This document shows positions 37,901 through 46,320 of a DNA stretch of 64,000 nucleotides, piece by piece (position 1 is the stretch's first letter; each line of letters opens with the position of its first letter). The stretch is from contig JADJVF010000019.1 in assembly GCA_016716705.1 (NCBI GenBank), positions 24,586-88,585 of the forward strand, read 5' to 3'. Made by a program: the position numbers and the translations under genes. Source of the stretch: Holophagales bacterium. Lineage in GTDB: Bacteria; Acidobacteriota; Thermoanaerobaculia; UBA5066. The notes beneath the pieces are model-generated. The model worked only from the letters and a program-made list of their open reading frames with translations, made no database searches and was not told the DNA's origin.

Positions 37901-39718
37901 TCGCTCCGTGCCCTCGAGACGGACGAGCTCCGCGACCGGGCCGAGCAGGCGCTGCGCGCCGAGCGCGGGCTTTTCGTGGGCGGTCCCACGGTGGTCTTCA
38001 ACTGGAAGGCCCGGGAGGGCTGGCCGGTCGAGTACGTGTCGCCCAACGTGAAGGAGCAGCTCGGGTACACCCCGGAGGACTTCACCAGCGGACGGGTCCT
38101 TTACGCCGGGATCGTGCACCCGGACGACCTCGCGCGCGTCGGCGCCGAGGTGTCCGCCTTCAGCGAGCAGGGCGTGCCCTCGTTCGAGCAGACATATCGC
38201 GTTCGCCGTGCCGACGGCCGTTATCGCTGGATCCACGACTTCACGACGGTTCTGCAGGGGACGGGACGGGACGATCACCCACTACCACGGATACGTTCTG
38301 GACATCACCGATCGCCGAAAGGCCGAGGACGCGCTGCGCGAGAGCGAGGAGCGGTATCGCCTCATCGCCGAGAACACCGCCGACACGATCACCGTCATGG
38401 ATCTCGACCTTCGTCTCACGTACGTCAGCCCGTCTGTCCTGAAGCATCGTGGCTACACGGCCGAAGAGGTGCTGGAGCAGTCGTTGGAGCAGATCATGAC
38501 GCCGGCGTCGTTGCAGGCGGTCTCGAGACTGCTGGACGAGCAGTTGGCCCTCGAGGCGAGCGGAGGAGCGGACGCGTCGAGATTCGTGTCCATAGAGCTG
38601 GAGGAGTACTGCAAGGACGCGTCCACGATCTGGGTCGAGGCCGTGGTCTCGTTCGTGAAGGACGATGCGCTCAGGCCGACCGGAATCCTCGCCGTCACGA
38701 GGGACATCACGAAGCGGAAGATGGCGGACCAGCGGCTGATCGAAAGCGAACAGCAGTACCGCTCTCTGGCGGACAGCTCCCCCGATAACATCATCCGCTA
38801 CGACGCCGACGGCCGCATGGTCTACGTCAACTCGAACCATGGACGGACCGTGGATTTCGACCTCGGCTCGCGTCTCGGGTCGGACTCCGGCGGAGGGCCC
38901 CCGCCTTCCCGGACTCCAGCCCTACCTCACGAAGCTGCAGACGGGTGATCCTGTCGGGTGATTCCGACGAGCTGGAGGTCGCCGTCCCGACCCCCGCGGG
39001 CGAGCTGCGTACGCACAGCATTCGTTTCGTCGCCGAACGGAACAACGACGGGCGGATCGTCGGCGCGCTGGCGTTCGGTCGCGACATCACCGAGCGGAAG
39101 GAGGCGGCCCGCGAGAAGCAGAGGTACCTCGTGCAGCTGCGCCAGAACCTCGAGGATGCCGTCGCGGCGATCGCGGCCACGGTCGAGGCGCGCGACCCCT
39201 ACACGGCCGGCCACCAGAAGCGCGTGGCCGCGCTCGCCGCCGAGATGGCGAGGGAGCTGGGGCTCGACGAGGAAGCCGTGCAGGGGATCCACCTCGCCGG
39301 GACCATCCACGACCTCGGCAAGATCAAGATCCCTGCCGAAATCCTCGCCAGGCCCGGCGGACTCTCCGCTCTGGAGGAACGGCTCATCCGGATTCACCCG
39401 GAAGCCGGATGGGAGATCCTCAAGGGCGTCGAGTTCCCCTGGCCGATCGCGGAGATGGTCCTCGAGCACCACGAACGGATGAACGGCTCCGGCTATCCGA
39501 ACGGGTTGCGCGGCGAGCGGATCTCTCTGGGTGCGCGCATTCTCGCCGTGGCCGACGTCGTCGAGGCGATGGCCAGCCACAGACCCTACCGGCCGTCGCA
39601 CGGGCTGGCCTACGCCCTGTCCGATATCGAGCAGGACCGGGAAGGCTGCTTCGACCCCGTGGTCGTGAAGGCCTGCCTGACCCTGTTTCGCGACAAGGGC
39701 TATCAGCTTCCGGACTGA
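34940..39718 (+). CDS. Multi-sensor HD-GYP protein 2 (GAF and PAS arrays, about 1590 aa, HD-GYP output); two compensating frameshifts as assembled
   Basis: The ATG at 34940 has RBS GAAGGAAGGA. Frame of ORF 34793..38788 holds to about 38258, then the frame of ORF 38208..38948 (a clean PAS domain), then back to the original frame in ORF 38945..39718. The second junction is at the C5 run 38898-38902. The HD-GYP core is DPYTAGHQKRV, HDLGKIKIP, HHERMNGSGYPNGL. Confidence 0.8.
39110..39600 (+). repeat. Dispersed direct repeat copy 2 (HD-GYP output module)
   Basis: Paralogous to 34269-34760, in the same orientation, 4.8 kb apart. Confidence 0.8.
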
Positions 39719-39734
39719 GGTCCCATTCGAGTCT

Positions 39735-39755
39735 GCGCCGGCATCCTGCCGGTGC
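39735..39755. terminator. Hairpin between the convergent HD-GYP 2 gene and glgA
   Basis: GCGCCGGCA-TCC-TGCCGGTGC (9-bp stem with one G-U pair), centred in the 53-nt convergent gap. Confidence 0.4.
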
Positions 39756-39771
39756 CCGCCTGCGGAATTCC

Positions 39772-41256
39772 TTACCAGGGCAGCCCGCGCACCTCCCGCG
39801 CGCGCCGGTAGACGAGCTCGTAGTCGTTGGCCGAGCGGCCCCAGGAGAAGTCGGCCTTCATGCCGTTCTTCATCAGCCGCGACCAGGAGTCGCGGTGGAA
39901 GAAGGCGTTCTGGGCGTGCAGGACCTCGGCGGCGAATGCGTGAGGCGAAGGGTCGTCGAAGTGGAAGCCGGTCGCCCAGTCGAGGTTCTCGCCGTGCAGG
40001 CCGATGATCGAGTCGGCGAGGCCCCCGGTCCTGCGGACGACGGGGACGGTGCCGTAGGCGAGCGCGTACATCTGCGTCAGGCCGCACGGCTCGTAGCGGG
40101 ACGGCATGGCGAGGACGTCGCTCCCGGCCTGGATCTTGTGCGAGAGGGCGTCGTCGTAGCCGATGAACCCCTTGAAGCGGCGCGGATAGTGCGCCTCGAG
40201 GAGGCGCATCGAACCCTCGAGGGCCGGCTCGCCGGATCCGAGGACGACGATCCTCACGCCGCGGCGGATCAGCTCGGGAGCCGCCTCGAGGAGGATGTCG
40301 TATCCCTTCTGCGGGGCGAGGCGGCCGACGGAGCCGACGATCATCGCCGGGTCTGCCGGCTCGAAGTTCGCGAGACGGCAGAGCTCGGCGCGGCAGTCGA
40401 GCTTGCCCCGGAGGTCTTCGAGGCTGTAGTGCGAGGGGAGATGCGGATCGGTCTCCGGGTTCCACTCCTGCCGGTCGATGCCGTTCAGGATGCCGGTGAG
40501 CCGGGAGGCCTTGAGCCGGAGGACACCGTCGAGGCCGGCGCCCCCCTCGGGCGTGCGGATCTCCCACGCGTAGGTGGGCGAGACGGTCGTCACCATGTCG
40601 GCCGCGACGATCGCTCCCTTGAGCATGTTGATCGCGCCGCCGTGCTCGACGAGGCCGCCGGTCCAGGTCTCGGGCGGCAGGCCGAGGACGGGGAGCTGCT
40701 CGGGGCCGTAGATCCCCTGGTAGCCGACGTTGTGGATCGTCAGGACGGACGCGACGTCGTCGAACCACGGGTCGCGCCAGGAGCTCCAGGCGCCGAGCAT
40801 CGGGGCGAGGCCGGGGTGCCAGTCGTGCGTGTGGAGCACCTGCGGCCGTTCGCCCATCCGCTTCATCGCCTCGAGGGCGGCCCTCACGAAGAGGCTGAAG
40901 CGCCAGATGCCGTCGTCGGCGCCGTGCTCGTTCCTGGAATAGAGGCCGCCGGGACGGTGGAAGAGGGAGTCGTGTGCGACGAAGTGGACGGGGACCGTGC
41001 TTCCCGGAAGCGTCGAGCGGAGGATGGAGACGCGGTGGGAGGCCCCCATGACCGTGACGTCGAAGGGCTCGATTTCCTGCTCGGGCCACGTCCCGCGACG
41101 GCGGAACCACTCGGCGGCCTCGAGGAAGAACGGGACCCACACGTCGACGTCGTGTCCGGTCGCGGCGAGAGCCTTCGGAAGGGAGGAAGCAATGTCGCCG
41201 AGGCCGCCCGTCTTGGCGAAGGGCGAGGCCTCGGCCGAAAGGTTCGCAATGCGCAT
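39772..41256 (-). CDS. glgA: Glycogen synthase (ADP-glucose type, GT5)
   Basis: MRIANLSAEASPFAKTGGLGDI (KTGGL motif) and HDWH..., among others. I chose the start at ATG 41256, which overlaps the stop of the upstream gene. The track extends to 41295. Confidence 0.9.
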   Translation of the reverse strand: MRIANLSAEASPFAKTGGLGDIASSLPKALAATGHDVDVWVPFFLEAAEWFRRRGTWPEQEIEPFDVTVMGASHRVSILRSTLPGSTVPVHFVAHDSLFHRPGGLYSRNEHGADDGIWRFSLFVRAALEAMKRMGERPQVLHTHDWHPGLAPMLGAWSSWRDPWFDDVASVLTIHNVGYQGIYGPEQLPVLGLPPETWTGGLVEHGGAINMLKGAIVAADMVTTVSPTYAWEIRTPEGGAGLDGVLRLKASRLTGILNGIDRQEWNPETDPHLPSHYSLEDLRGKLDCRAELCRLANFEPADPAMIVGSVGRLAPQKGYDILLEAAPELIRRGVRIVVLGSGEPALEGSMRLLEAHYPRRFKGFIGYDDALSHKIQAGSDVLAMPSRYEPCGLTQMYALAYGTVPVVRRTGGLADSIIGLHGENLDWATGFHFDDPSPHAFAAEVLHAQNAFFHRDSWSRLMKNGMKADFSWGRSANDYELVYRRAREVRGLPW

Positions 41257-42122
41257 CAACTCTCCATTCCTCCCGCGGTTCCGCGGGATTCCCAAAGTAC
41301 GGCAGCGTAGCCGACGACCCGGCTCGTGTCCCCGAATGCGTCACCCGAGTCTCCCTGCGCCACGAGACGCGGGTTCGTGGCCGGCAGGTTTCGCAGCGCC
41401 TCCAGGAGCGCGGTCGCCGCGAGGACTCCGCACATCGAGATCCGTTCCCTGACGAGGACACGTTCGAAGAGCTCGGCGGGGTCTCCGCCGAGGAGCGCCT
41501 CGAGTGCGCGGTCGTCCTTGACGCGGTTTGTTTCGCGGGGCAGGTAGTGGTTCAGGTCGGACGAGACCACGAGGGCGACCCTGTCGCCCCGGGCCTCCAG
41601 GCGTGTCACCGCCCGCGCCACCGCGCGCCCGACGCCGAGGCAGACGTCGAGGTCGGGCTCGCCGAGCGAGAGAAACGCGATGGAGACGTCCGGGCGGGCC
41701 GCCTGCAGGAAGGGGACGATCACCTCGAGCGAGTGCTCGCGCCGGTGGGCGCGGTCATCGAGGCGGAGGGGCGGCCCTGCCGCGAGAAGCTCGTCGACGA
41801 GCGCCCGGGCCACCGGGACGTCGCCGAGCGGCGTCCTCCACGCCGGGGCGTCGCTGAGGGCGACCCCTGCGCCCTCACCGTGATGGTTGGGACCGATCAT
41901 CAGGACGGTCGACGGAAGCTCGACGGTCCCGACTCCCGCCCCACAGATTCCGCCGGAATAAACGTGCCCGGCATGCGGGACGAGGAGCGCACGCCACGCC
42001 GTCGCGGGGAGGCGCAGCGCCCCGGCCGTCGAGAGGTGCCCCTCCACGTCCGCCCGGAGCGCCTGTGCGCCGCTTTCGTAGAAGAGTCCGGCAACCGCGG
42101 GGAGCCGGACGGCCTCGCTCAA
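41256..42122 (-). CDS. MEMO1 family protein (AmmeMemoRadiSam system protein B)
   Basis: Contains PAVAGLFYE, VPHAGHVYSG, GPNHHG, EHSLEVIVPFL, SSDLNHY and CG. I propose a TTG start at 42122, overlapping the TGA of the upstream lipoprotein gene (TTGA). Confidence 0.8.
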   Translation of the reverse strand: MSEAVRLPAVAGLFYESGAQALRADVEGHLSTAGALRLPATAWRALLVPHAGHVYSGGICGAGVGTVELPSTVLMIGPNHHGEGAGVALSDAPAWRTPLGDVPVARALVDELLAAGPPLRLDDRAHRREHSLEVIVPFLQAARPDVSIAFLSLGEPDLDVCLGVGRAVARAVTRLEARGDRVALVVSSDLNHYLPRETNRVKDDRALEALLGGDPAELFERVLVRERISMCGVLAATALLEALRNLPATNPRLVAQGDSGDAFGDTSRVVGYAAVLWESRGTAGGMES

Positions 42123-42961
42123 AACACGATCACCGACACTTCGGCGGTCTTCGAGCCGCAGGCCGCGCGTATGGTGGCCGAGCCGGGCCCGATCGCCAGG
42201 ACCGTTCCGCCCGAGCAGGTGGCCACCATCGGGTCCGAGGAGGTCCAGGTCGCGCCCACATCGGGGATCGGAGCACCCTGGGGATCGCGGGCAACGAGGT
42301 CGACCTTTCCCAGCTCGCCCACCTTGAGCGGTATGTTGAGAGGAGCGGCCTCGAGCGTCTCGATGGTGCGGAAGACGACGACGATGTCGGCCGCGCCGGA
42401 GACGTCGCCCACGGTGGCCTTCACGTTGACCTTCCCTTCGCCCACGGACGTCACGATGCCCGAGGGGTCGACCGTCGCGACCGTCGGAGCGGAGGAGGTC
42501 CACTCCGCCTTCGACTCGACCACCTCTCCGGTGCTCTTCTTCACCTCGAGCGCGAGGGGGAACGTCGATCCGGCGGGACCGGCGAGCGTCGTTCGCGAGG
42601 GAAAGACGTTCACCAGGCCGATGTCGAGGACCTCGAGCGCGACGACGGCCTCGAGAGGCGGGTCGCCGAGCCGGGCCGTGATCTTCGCCTTCCCCTCGCC
42701 GACGGTCTTCACGGAGCCCGTCTGCCCGTTGACGGTCGCGACCTTCGGGTTCGAAGACTCCCAGGTCACCATCTTTCCGGGGACGATCTCCCCCTTCTTG
42801 TCGACGACGTCGCCACCGACCGAGACGACACGGCCGAGTCCGTAGACCTTCAGCTTCGTGTTCTTGAGGCGGATCTCGGTGGGCTTCTGCCCGCAGGCGA
42901 GGACGAGGGCGGCGGCGAGGAGGAGCGCCACGCCGGGGAGGACACGCGTGAAGCGGTTCAT
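42119..42961 (-). CDS. Lipoprotein with three bacterial Ig-like (Big_2) domains
   Basis: Signal peptide plus lipobox (LLLAAALVLAC-G). Big_2 repeats are present, for example VTWESSNPKVATVNGQTGSVKTVGEGKAKITA, WTSSAPTVATVDPSGIVTSVGEGKVNVKA and WTSSDPMVATCSGGTVLAIGPGSATIRA. Confidence 0.75.
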   Translation of the reverse strand: MNRFTRVLPGVALLLAAALVLACGQKPTEIRLKNTKLKVYGLGRVVSVGGDVVDKKGEIVPGKMVTWESSNPKVATVNGQTGSVKTVGEGKAKITARLGDPPLEAVVALEVLDIGLVNVFPSRTTLAGPAGSTFPLALEVKKSTGEVVESKAEWTSSAPTVATVDPSGIVTSVGEGKVNVKATVGDVSGAADIVVVFRTIETLEAAPLNIPLKVGELGKVDLVARDPQGAPIPDVGATWTSSDPMVATCSGGTVLAIGPGSATIRAACGSKTAEVSVIVF

Positions 42962-42973
42962 TTCGTCGGAATT

Positions 42974-43723
42974 TTACCGCGCGTCCCCGTTCTCGGCCTC
43001 ATCGAGCAGGAGCGGCTGGAAGTCGCCCGCCCTCGCCATGCGCGAGAGGATCCGGGCGGCACGCCGGTCGTGCCTCCCGGGGCTGCGCAGGAAGAGGCGT
43101 GGGGCCGGGATCATCGCCGCGAGCCACGCCGCCTGCGACCGCGTGAGCGCCGAGGCGGGGACCCCGAAGTACTTCCGGGCCGCCGCCTCGCACCCGTAGA
43201 CCCTCTCGCCCCACTCGATCGCGGAGAGGTAGTGGACGAGGATCGTCCGCTTTGGGAGGAGCAGCTCCATCGTCAGCGCGATCGCCGCCTCCCGCCCCTT
43301 CCTCACCCAGCCCCGGTCGGGGGAGAGCCAGAGGTTCTTGGCGAGCTGCTGGGTGATCGTCGACGCTCCCAGCGGCCTCCGCTTCGGGTAGCGCCGGTTC
43401 CTCGCCCGGGCGGCTTTCACCGCGTCCCAGTCGATCCCGTGGTGCTCGAAGAACCGGGCGTCCTCGGCGACGAGGACGGCCGTGACGAGGTGGGGCGAGA
43501 CCTTCTCGAGGGGGACCGGGCGGCGGTCGATCCGGCCGTCCTTCCCGGCGCCGATGAGGAGCTCCCTCCTCGCCTCCAGGAAGGCGGTCGTCGAGGGCGG
43601 GGAATACCGCAGCGCCACGATGCGCGGCACCGGGATGACGACCACGAAGAGGAGGACGAAGAGCCCCGCGGCTACGGCGAAGAGGAGCCTCGCCCGTGGC
43701 GAGGCTCCCCGGAGGCGGCTCAT
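42974..43723 (-). CDS. mtgA: Monofunctional peptidoglycan glycosyltransferase (GT51)
   Basis: An N-terminal TM anchor, followed by the AEDARFFEHHGIDW, STITQQLAKNL and RKGREA motifs. Confidence 0.85.
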   Translation of the reverse strand: MSRLRGASPRARLLFAVAAGLFVLLFVVVIPVPRIVALRYSPPSTTAFLEARRELLIGAGKDGRIDRRPVPLEKVSPHLVTAVLVAEDARFFEHHGIDWDAVKAARARNRRYPKRRPLGASTITQQLAKNLWLSPDRGWVRKGREAAIALTMELLLPKRTILVHYLSAIEWGERVYGCEAAARKYFGVPASALTRSQAAWLAAMIPAPRLFLRSPGRHDRRAARILSRMARAGDFQPLLLDEAENGDAR

Positions 43724-43742
43724 GAAGGGGCGGGACTCCCCG

Positions 43743-45086
43743 TCAGCCGAGGACCTCGGCGAGCGTGGCGCGAAGCCGCTGGACGCCGAGGAGGGCCTCG
43801 TCCCTGCCGAGCGTCAGCGCCGGCCGAAGGCGGATGGCGTTCTCGCCGGACGCGAGCCCCATGACGTTGTGCTTCTGGAGCCAGGTCGAGAGGACTTTTC
43901 CCCGGGTGGCGCCGTCTGGGAGGTCGAAGGCGAGGAAGAGCCCCTTCCCGCGGACGTTCCCCATCTTCCCGGGGAACTCCCGCGCGAGCTCCTGGAGCCT
44001 CTCCATGAGGAACTCGCCGACGACGCGGGCGTTTTCGACGAGCTGCTCCTCCTCGATGATCTCCAGGTACTTCCGGGCCCTCACCATGTCGACGAGGTTG
44101 CCCCCCCAGGTCGAGTTGATCCGGGACGAGACCGTGAAGACGTTCTCGCTCTCGTCGAAGATCCTCTCGTTCGAGGCGAAGCCGCAGACCTGCATCTTCT
44201 TGCCGAAGGCGAAGAGGTCGGGCTCGACGCCGACCGTCTGGAAACCCCACATCCGGCCGGTGAGGCCGATGCCGGTCTGCACCTCGTCGAGGATGAGGAG
44301 CATCTCGTTCTCGTCGCAGAGCTGCCTCAGCGCGGCGAGGAACTCGGTGCGGAAGTGGTTGTCGCCCCCCTCGGCCTGGATCGGCTCGATGATCAGGGCC
44401 GCCACGTCGTCGCGGTTGTCGACGAGGGCCTGCTTCACCTGGGCGAGCGCGAGCGCCTCGACCTTCTTCACCCGCTCGACCTCGGCCTCGTCGACGGGGA
44501 ACCTCAGCTTCGGGTTGACGATGCGCGGCCACGGGAACTTCGGGAAGTACATCGTCTTCCGCGGGTCGGCGGTGTTCGTCAGCGAGAGGGTGTAGCCGGT
44601 CCGACCGTGGAAGGCCTGCTCGAAGTGGATGATCTGGTGCCCCACCTCGCGCCGGTAGCCCTTCCGGAAGTTCTTCCTCACCTTCCAGTCGAAGGCGGTC
44701 TTCAGCGCGTTCTCGACGCCGACCGAGCCCCCCTCGACGAAGAAGAGGTGGGAGGCGTGGCTCGGCGGGACGGCGACGCGCGCGAAGGTCTCGACGAACC
44801 GGGCCATCTCCTGCGTGTAGATGTCGCTGTTGGCGGGCTTGGTGAGGGCGGCCCGCTGCAGCTCCTCGAGGAAGGCGGGCTCCTTCAGCTTCGGGTGGTT
44901 GTAGCCGATGGGCACCGTCGCGAAGTGCGAGAAGAGGTCGAGGACCTCGACGCCGTGGAGGCTGTCGTAGATGACGCTTCCGTGGGAACGGTCGAGGTCC
45001 ATGACGACGTGGTAGCCGTCGACGAGCATGTGACGGCCGAGCGCGTCGAGAACGTTCTCCGGGGCGATCCGGGTGGTGGTCGACAT
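43743..45086 (-). CDS. lat: Class-III PLP aminotransferase, L-lysine 6-aminotransferase-like
   Basis: Contains FFVEGGSVGVENALK, IIEPIQAEGGDNHF, LILDEVQTGIGLTGRMW and the PLP lysine context FAFGKK. The overall length and motif order recall lysine epsilon-aminotransferase. Start taken at ATG 45086 (MSTTTRIAPENV). Confidence 0.75.
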   Translation of the reverse strand: MSTTTRIAPENVLDALGRHMLVDGYHVVMDLDRSHGSVIYDSLHGVEVLDLFSHFATVPIGYNHPKLKEPAFLEELQRAALTKPANSDIYTQEMARFVETFARVAVPPSHASHLFFVEGGSVGVENALKTAFDWKVRKNFRKGYRREVGHQIIHFEQAFHGRTGYTLSLTNTADPRKTMYFPKFPWPRIVNPKLRFPVDEAEVERVKKVEALALAQVKQALVDNRDDVAALIIEPIQAEGGDNHFRTEFLAALRQLCDENEMLLILDEVQTGIGLTGRMWGFQTVGVEPDLFAFGKKMQVCGFASNERIFDESENVFTVSSRINSTWGGNLVDMVRARKYLEIIEEEQLVENARVVGEFLMERLQELAREFPGKMGNVRGKGLFLAFDLPDGATRGKVLSTWLQKHNVMGLASGENAIRLRPALTLGRDEALLGVQRLRATLAEVLG

Positions 45087-45168
45087 GGCTTCTCCCCCGC
45101 ATTGCACCTTCCTGGCGAGGCGCAAAGGGGCATGTTAGCAGGGGCGAGGAGGGCCCGGCCCGGAGCGG

Positions 45169-46320
45169 TCAGGACTTCAGGAGGACGCTCGAGAAAGAGG
45201 GCGGCCCGCCCTCGCGGCGGGCGGTGACGACGCAGTTCTTTCCCTGGTCCTTCGCGAGGTAGAGGGCCGCGTCGGCCTTCTTCAGGAGCTCGTTCTTCTG
45301 CTCGCTCGGCGGGCGCCCCGGCGTGCAGTGCCGGCGGTAGGACGCGACGCCGAGCGACATCGTGATGACGCCCTTCAGCTTGAGCGCAGGCTCCCCGGGC
45401 CCGATCGCCATCGGAAGGAACGTCCAGTCCTGGATCGCGGCGCGGATCCGCTCCGCGACCTCCGCTCCCTGTGCGAGGTTGCAGTCGAGGAGGATCACGG
45501 TGAACTCGTCCCCGCCGTAGCGGCAGGGGAGCGAGGTCGTCGCGGCGAGCTGGCGCTGGAGGACGAACGCGACTTCCCTGAGGATCTGGCTCCCGGCCAG
45601 GTGCCCGTGCTCGTCGTTGACGGCCTTCAGGTGGTCGCAGTCGAGGAAGAGGAGCGTGAGGTCCCCGTCGGCCCCGCCGGCGAGCCGGTCGATCTCCTGC
45701 TGGAGCTTCTTGTGGAAGTAGCGGTCGTTGTAGAGCGCGGTGAGCGAGTCGCGCCGCGCCACCTCGCGGGCGCGCCGCTCGTCGAGGAGATTCTGCAGGG
45801 CGAGGGAGAGGGTGTCTCCGAAGAGGGCCATGAGCCGCTCGTCCCGTTCGTCGAAGCCCCCTCCCCGCTGGTTGACCAGTACGAGGGAGCCGCAGACGTG
45901 GGACTCGATGACGACCGGAACGCCGAGGGCCGACCTCACCGGCGAGGCGAAGACCCCGTCGGCTTCGAGCGAGAGGGCTCGCGCTCCCTTGACCTCGTTC
46001 ACGGCCGTTCGCTCGCCGCGCGCGTAGGTGAACCCCGCGATCCCGTCGACGGGCCGTACGCTCAAGCCGACGGCGGTCTCGCGAAACTCGCCGGCGGTGG
46101 CGATCACGGTCAGCTCGTTGCGGGAACGGTCGTCTTCCTTGGCGATGGGGTCGTCGAGGAGGAGGACGGCCGCCTCGGCCGGGACGAAGTCGAGCGCCTT
46201 CTTCACGAGCGTCATGAGAAACCGCTCGGGCGCGGTGCCGCTCGTCTCGTCGAGGAGGCGATGGCGCTCCATGAAGCGGGCGAGCCTCGCCGGCGCGAGA
46301 ACCCGGGACGGGACTGTCAC
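45169..46320 (-). CDS. GAF-GGDEF diguanylate cyclase
   Basis: 383 aa. GAF-like N-half, then DSLTALYNDRYF, FLDCDHLKAVNDEHGH, and an active-site RYGGDEF. The GTG at 46320 overlaps the batD stop (GTGA). Confidence 0.85.
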   Translation of the reverse strand: MTVPSRVLAPARLARFMERHRLLDETSGTAPERFLMTLVKKALDFVPAEAAVLLLDDPIAKEDDRSRNELTVIATAGEFRETAVGLSVRPVDGIAGFTYARGERTAVNEVKGARALSLEADGVFASPVRSALGVPVVIESHVCGSLVLVNQRGGGFDERDERLMALFGDTLSLALQNLLDERRAREVARRDSLTALYNDRYFHKKLQQEIDRLAGGADGDLTLLFLDCDHLKAVNDEHGHLAGSQILREVAFVLQRQLAATTSLPCRYGGDEFTVILLDCNLAQGAEVAERIRAAIQDWTFLPMAIGPGEPALKLKGVITMSLGVASYRRHCTPGRPPSEQKNELLKKADAALYLAKDQGKNCVVTARREGGPPSFSSVLLKS

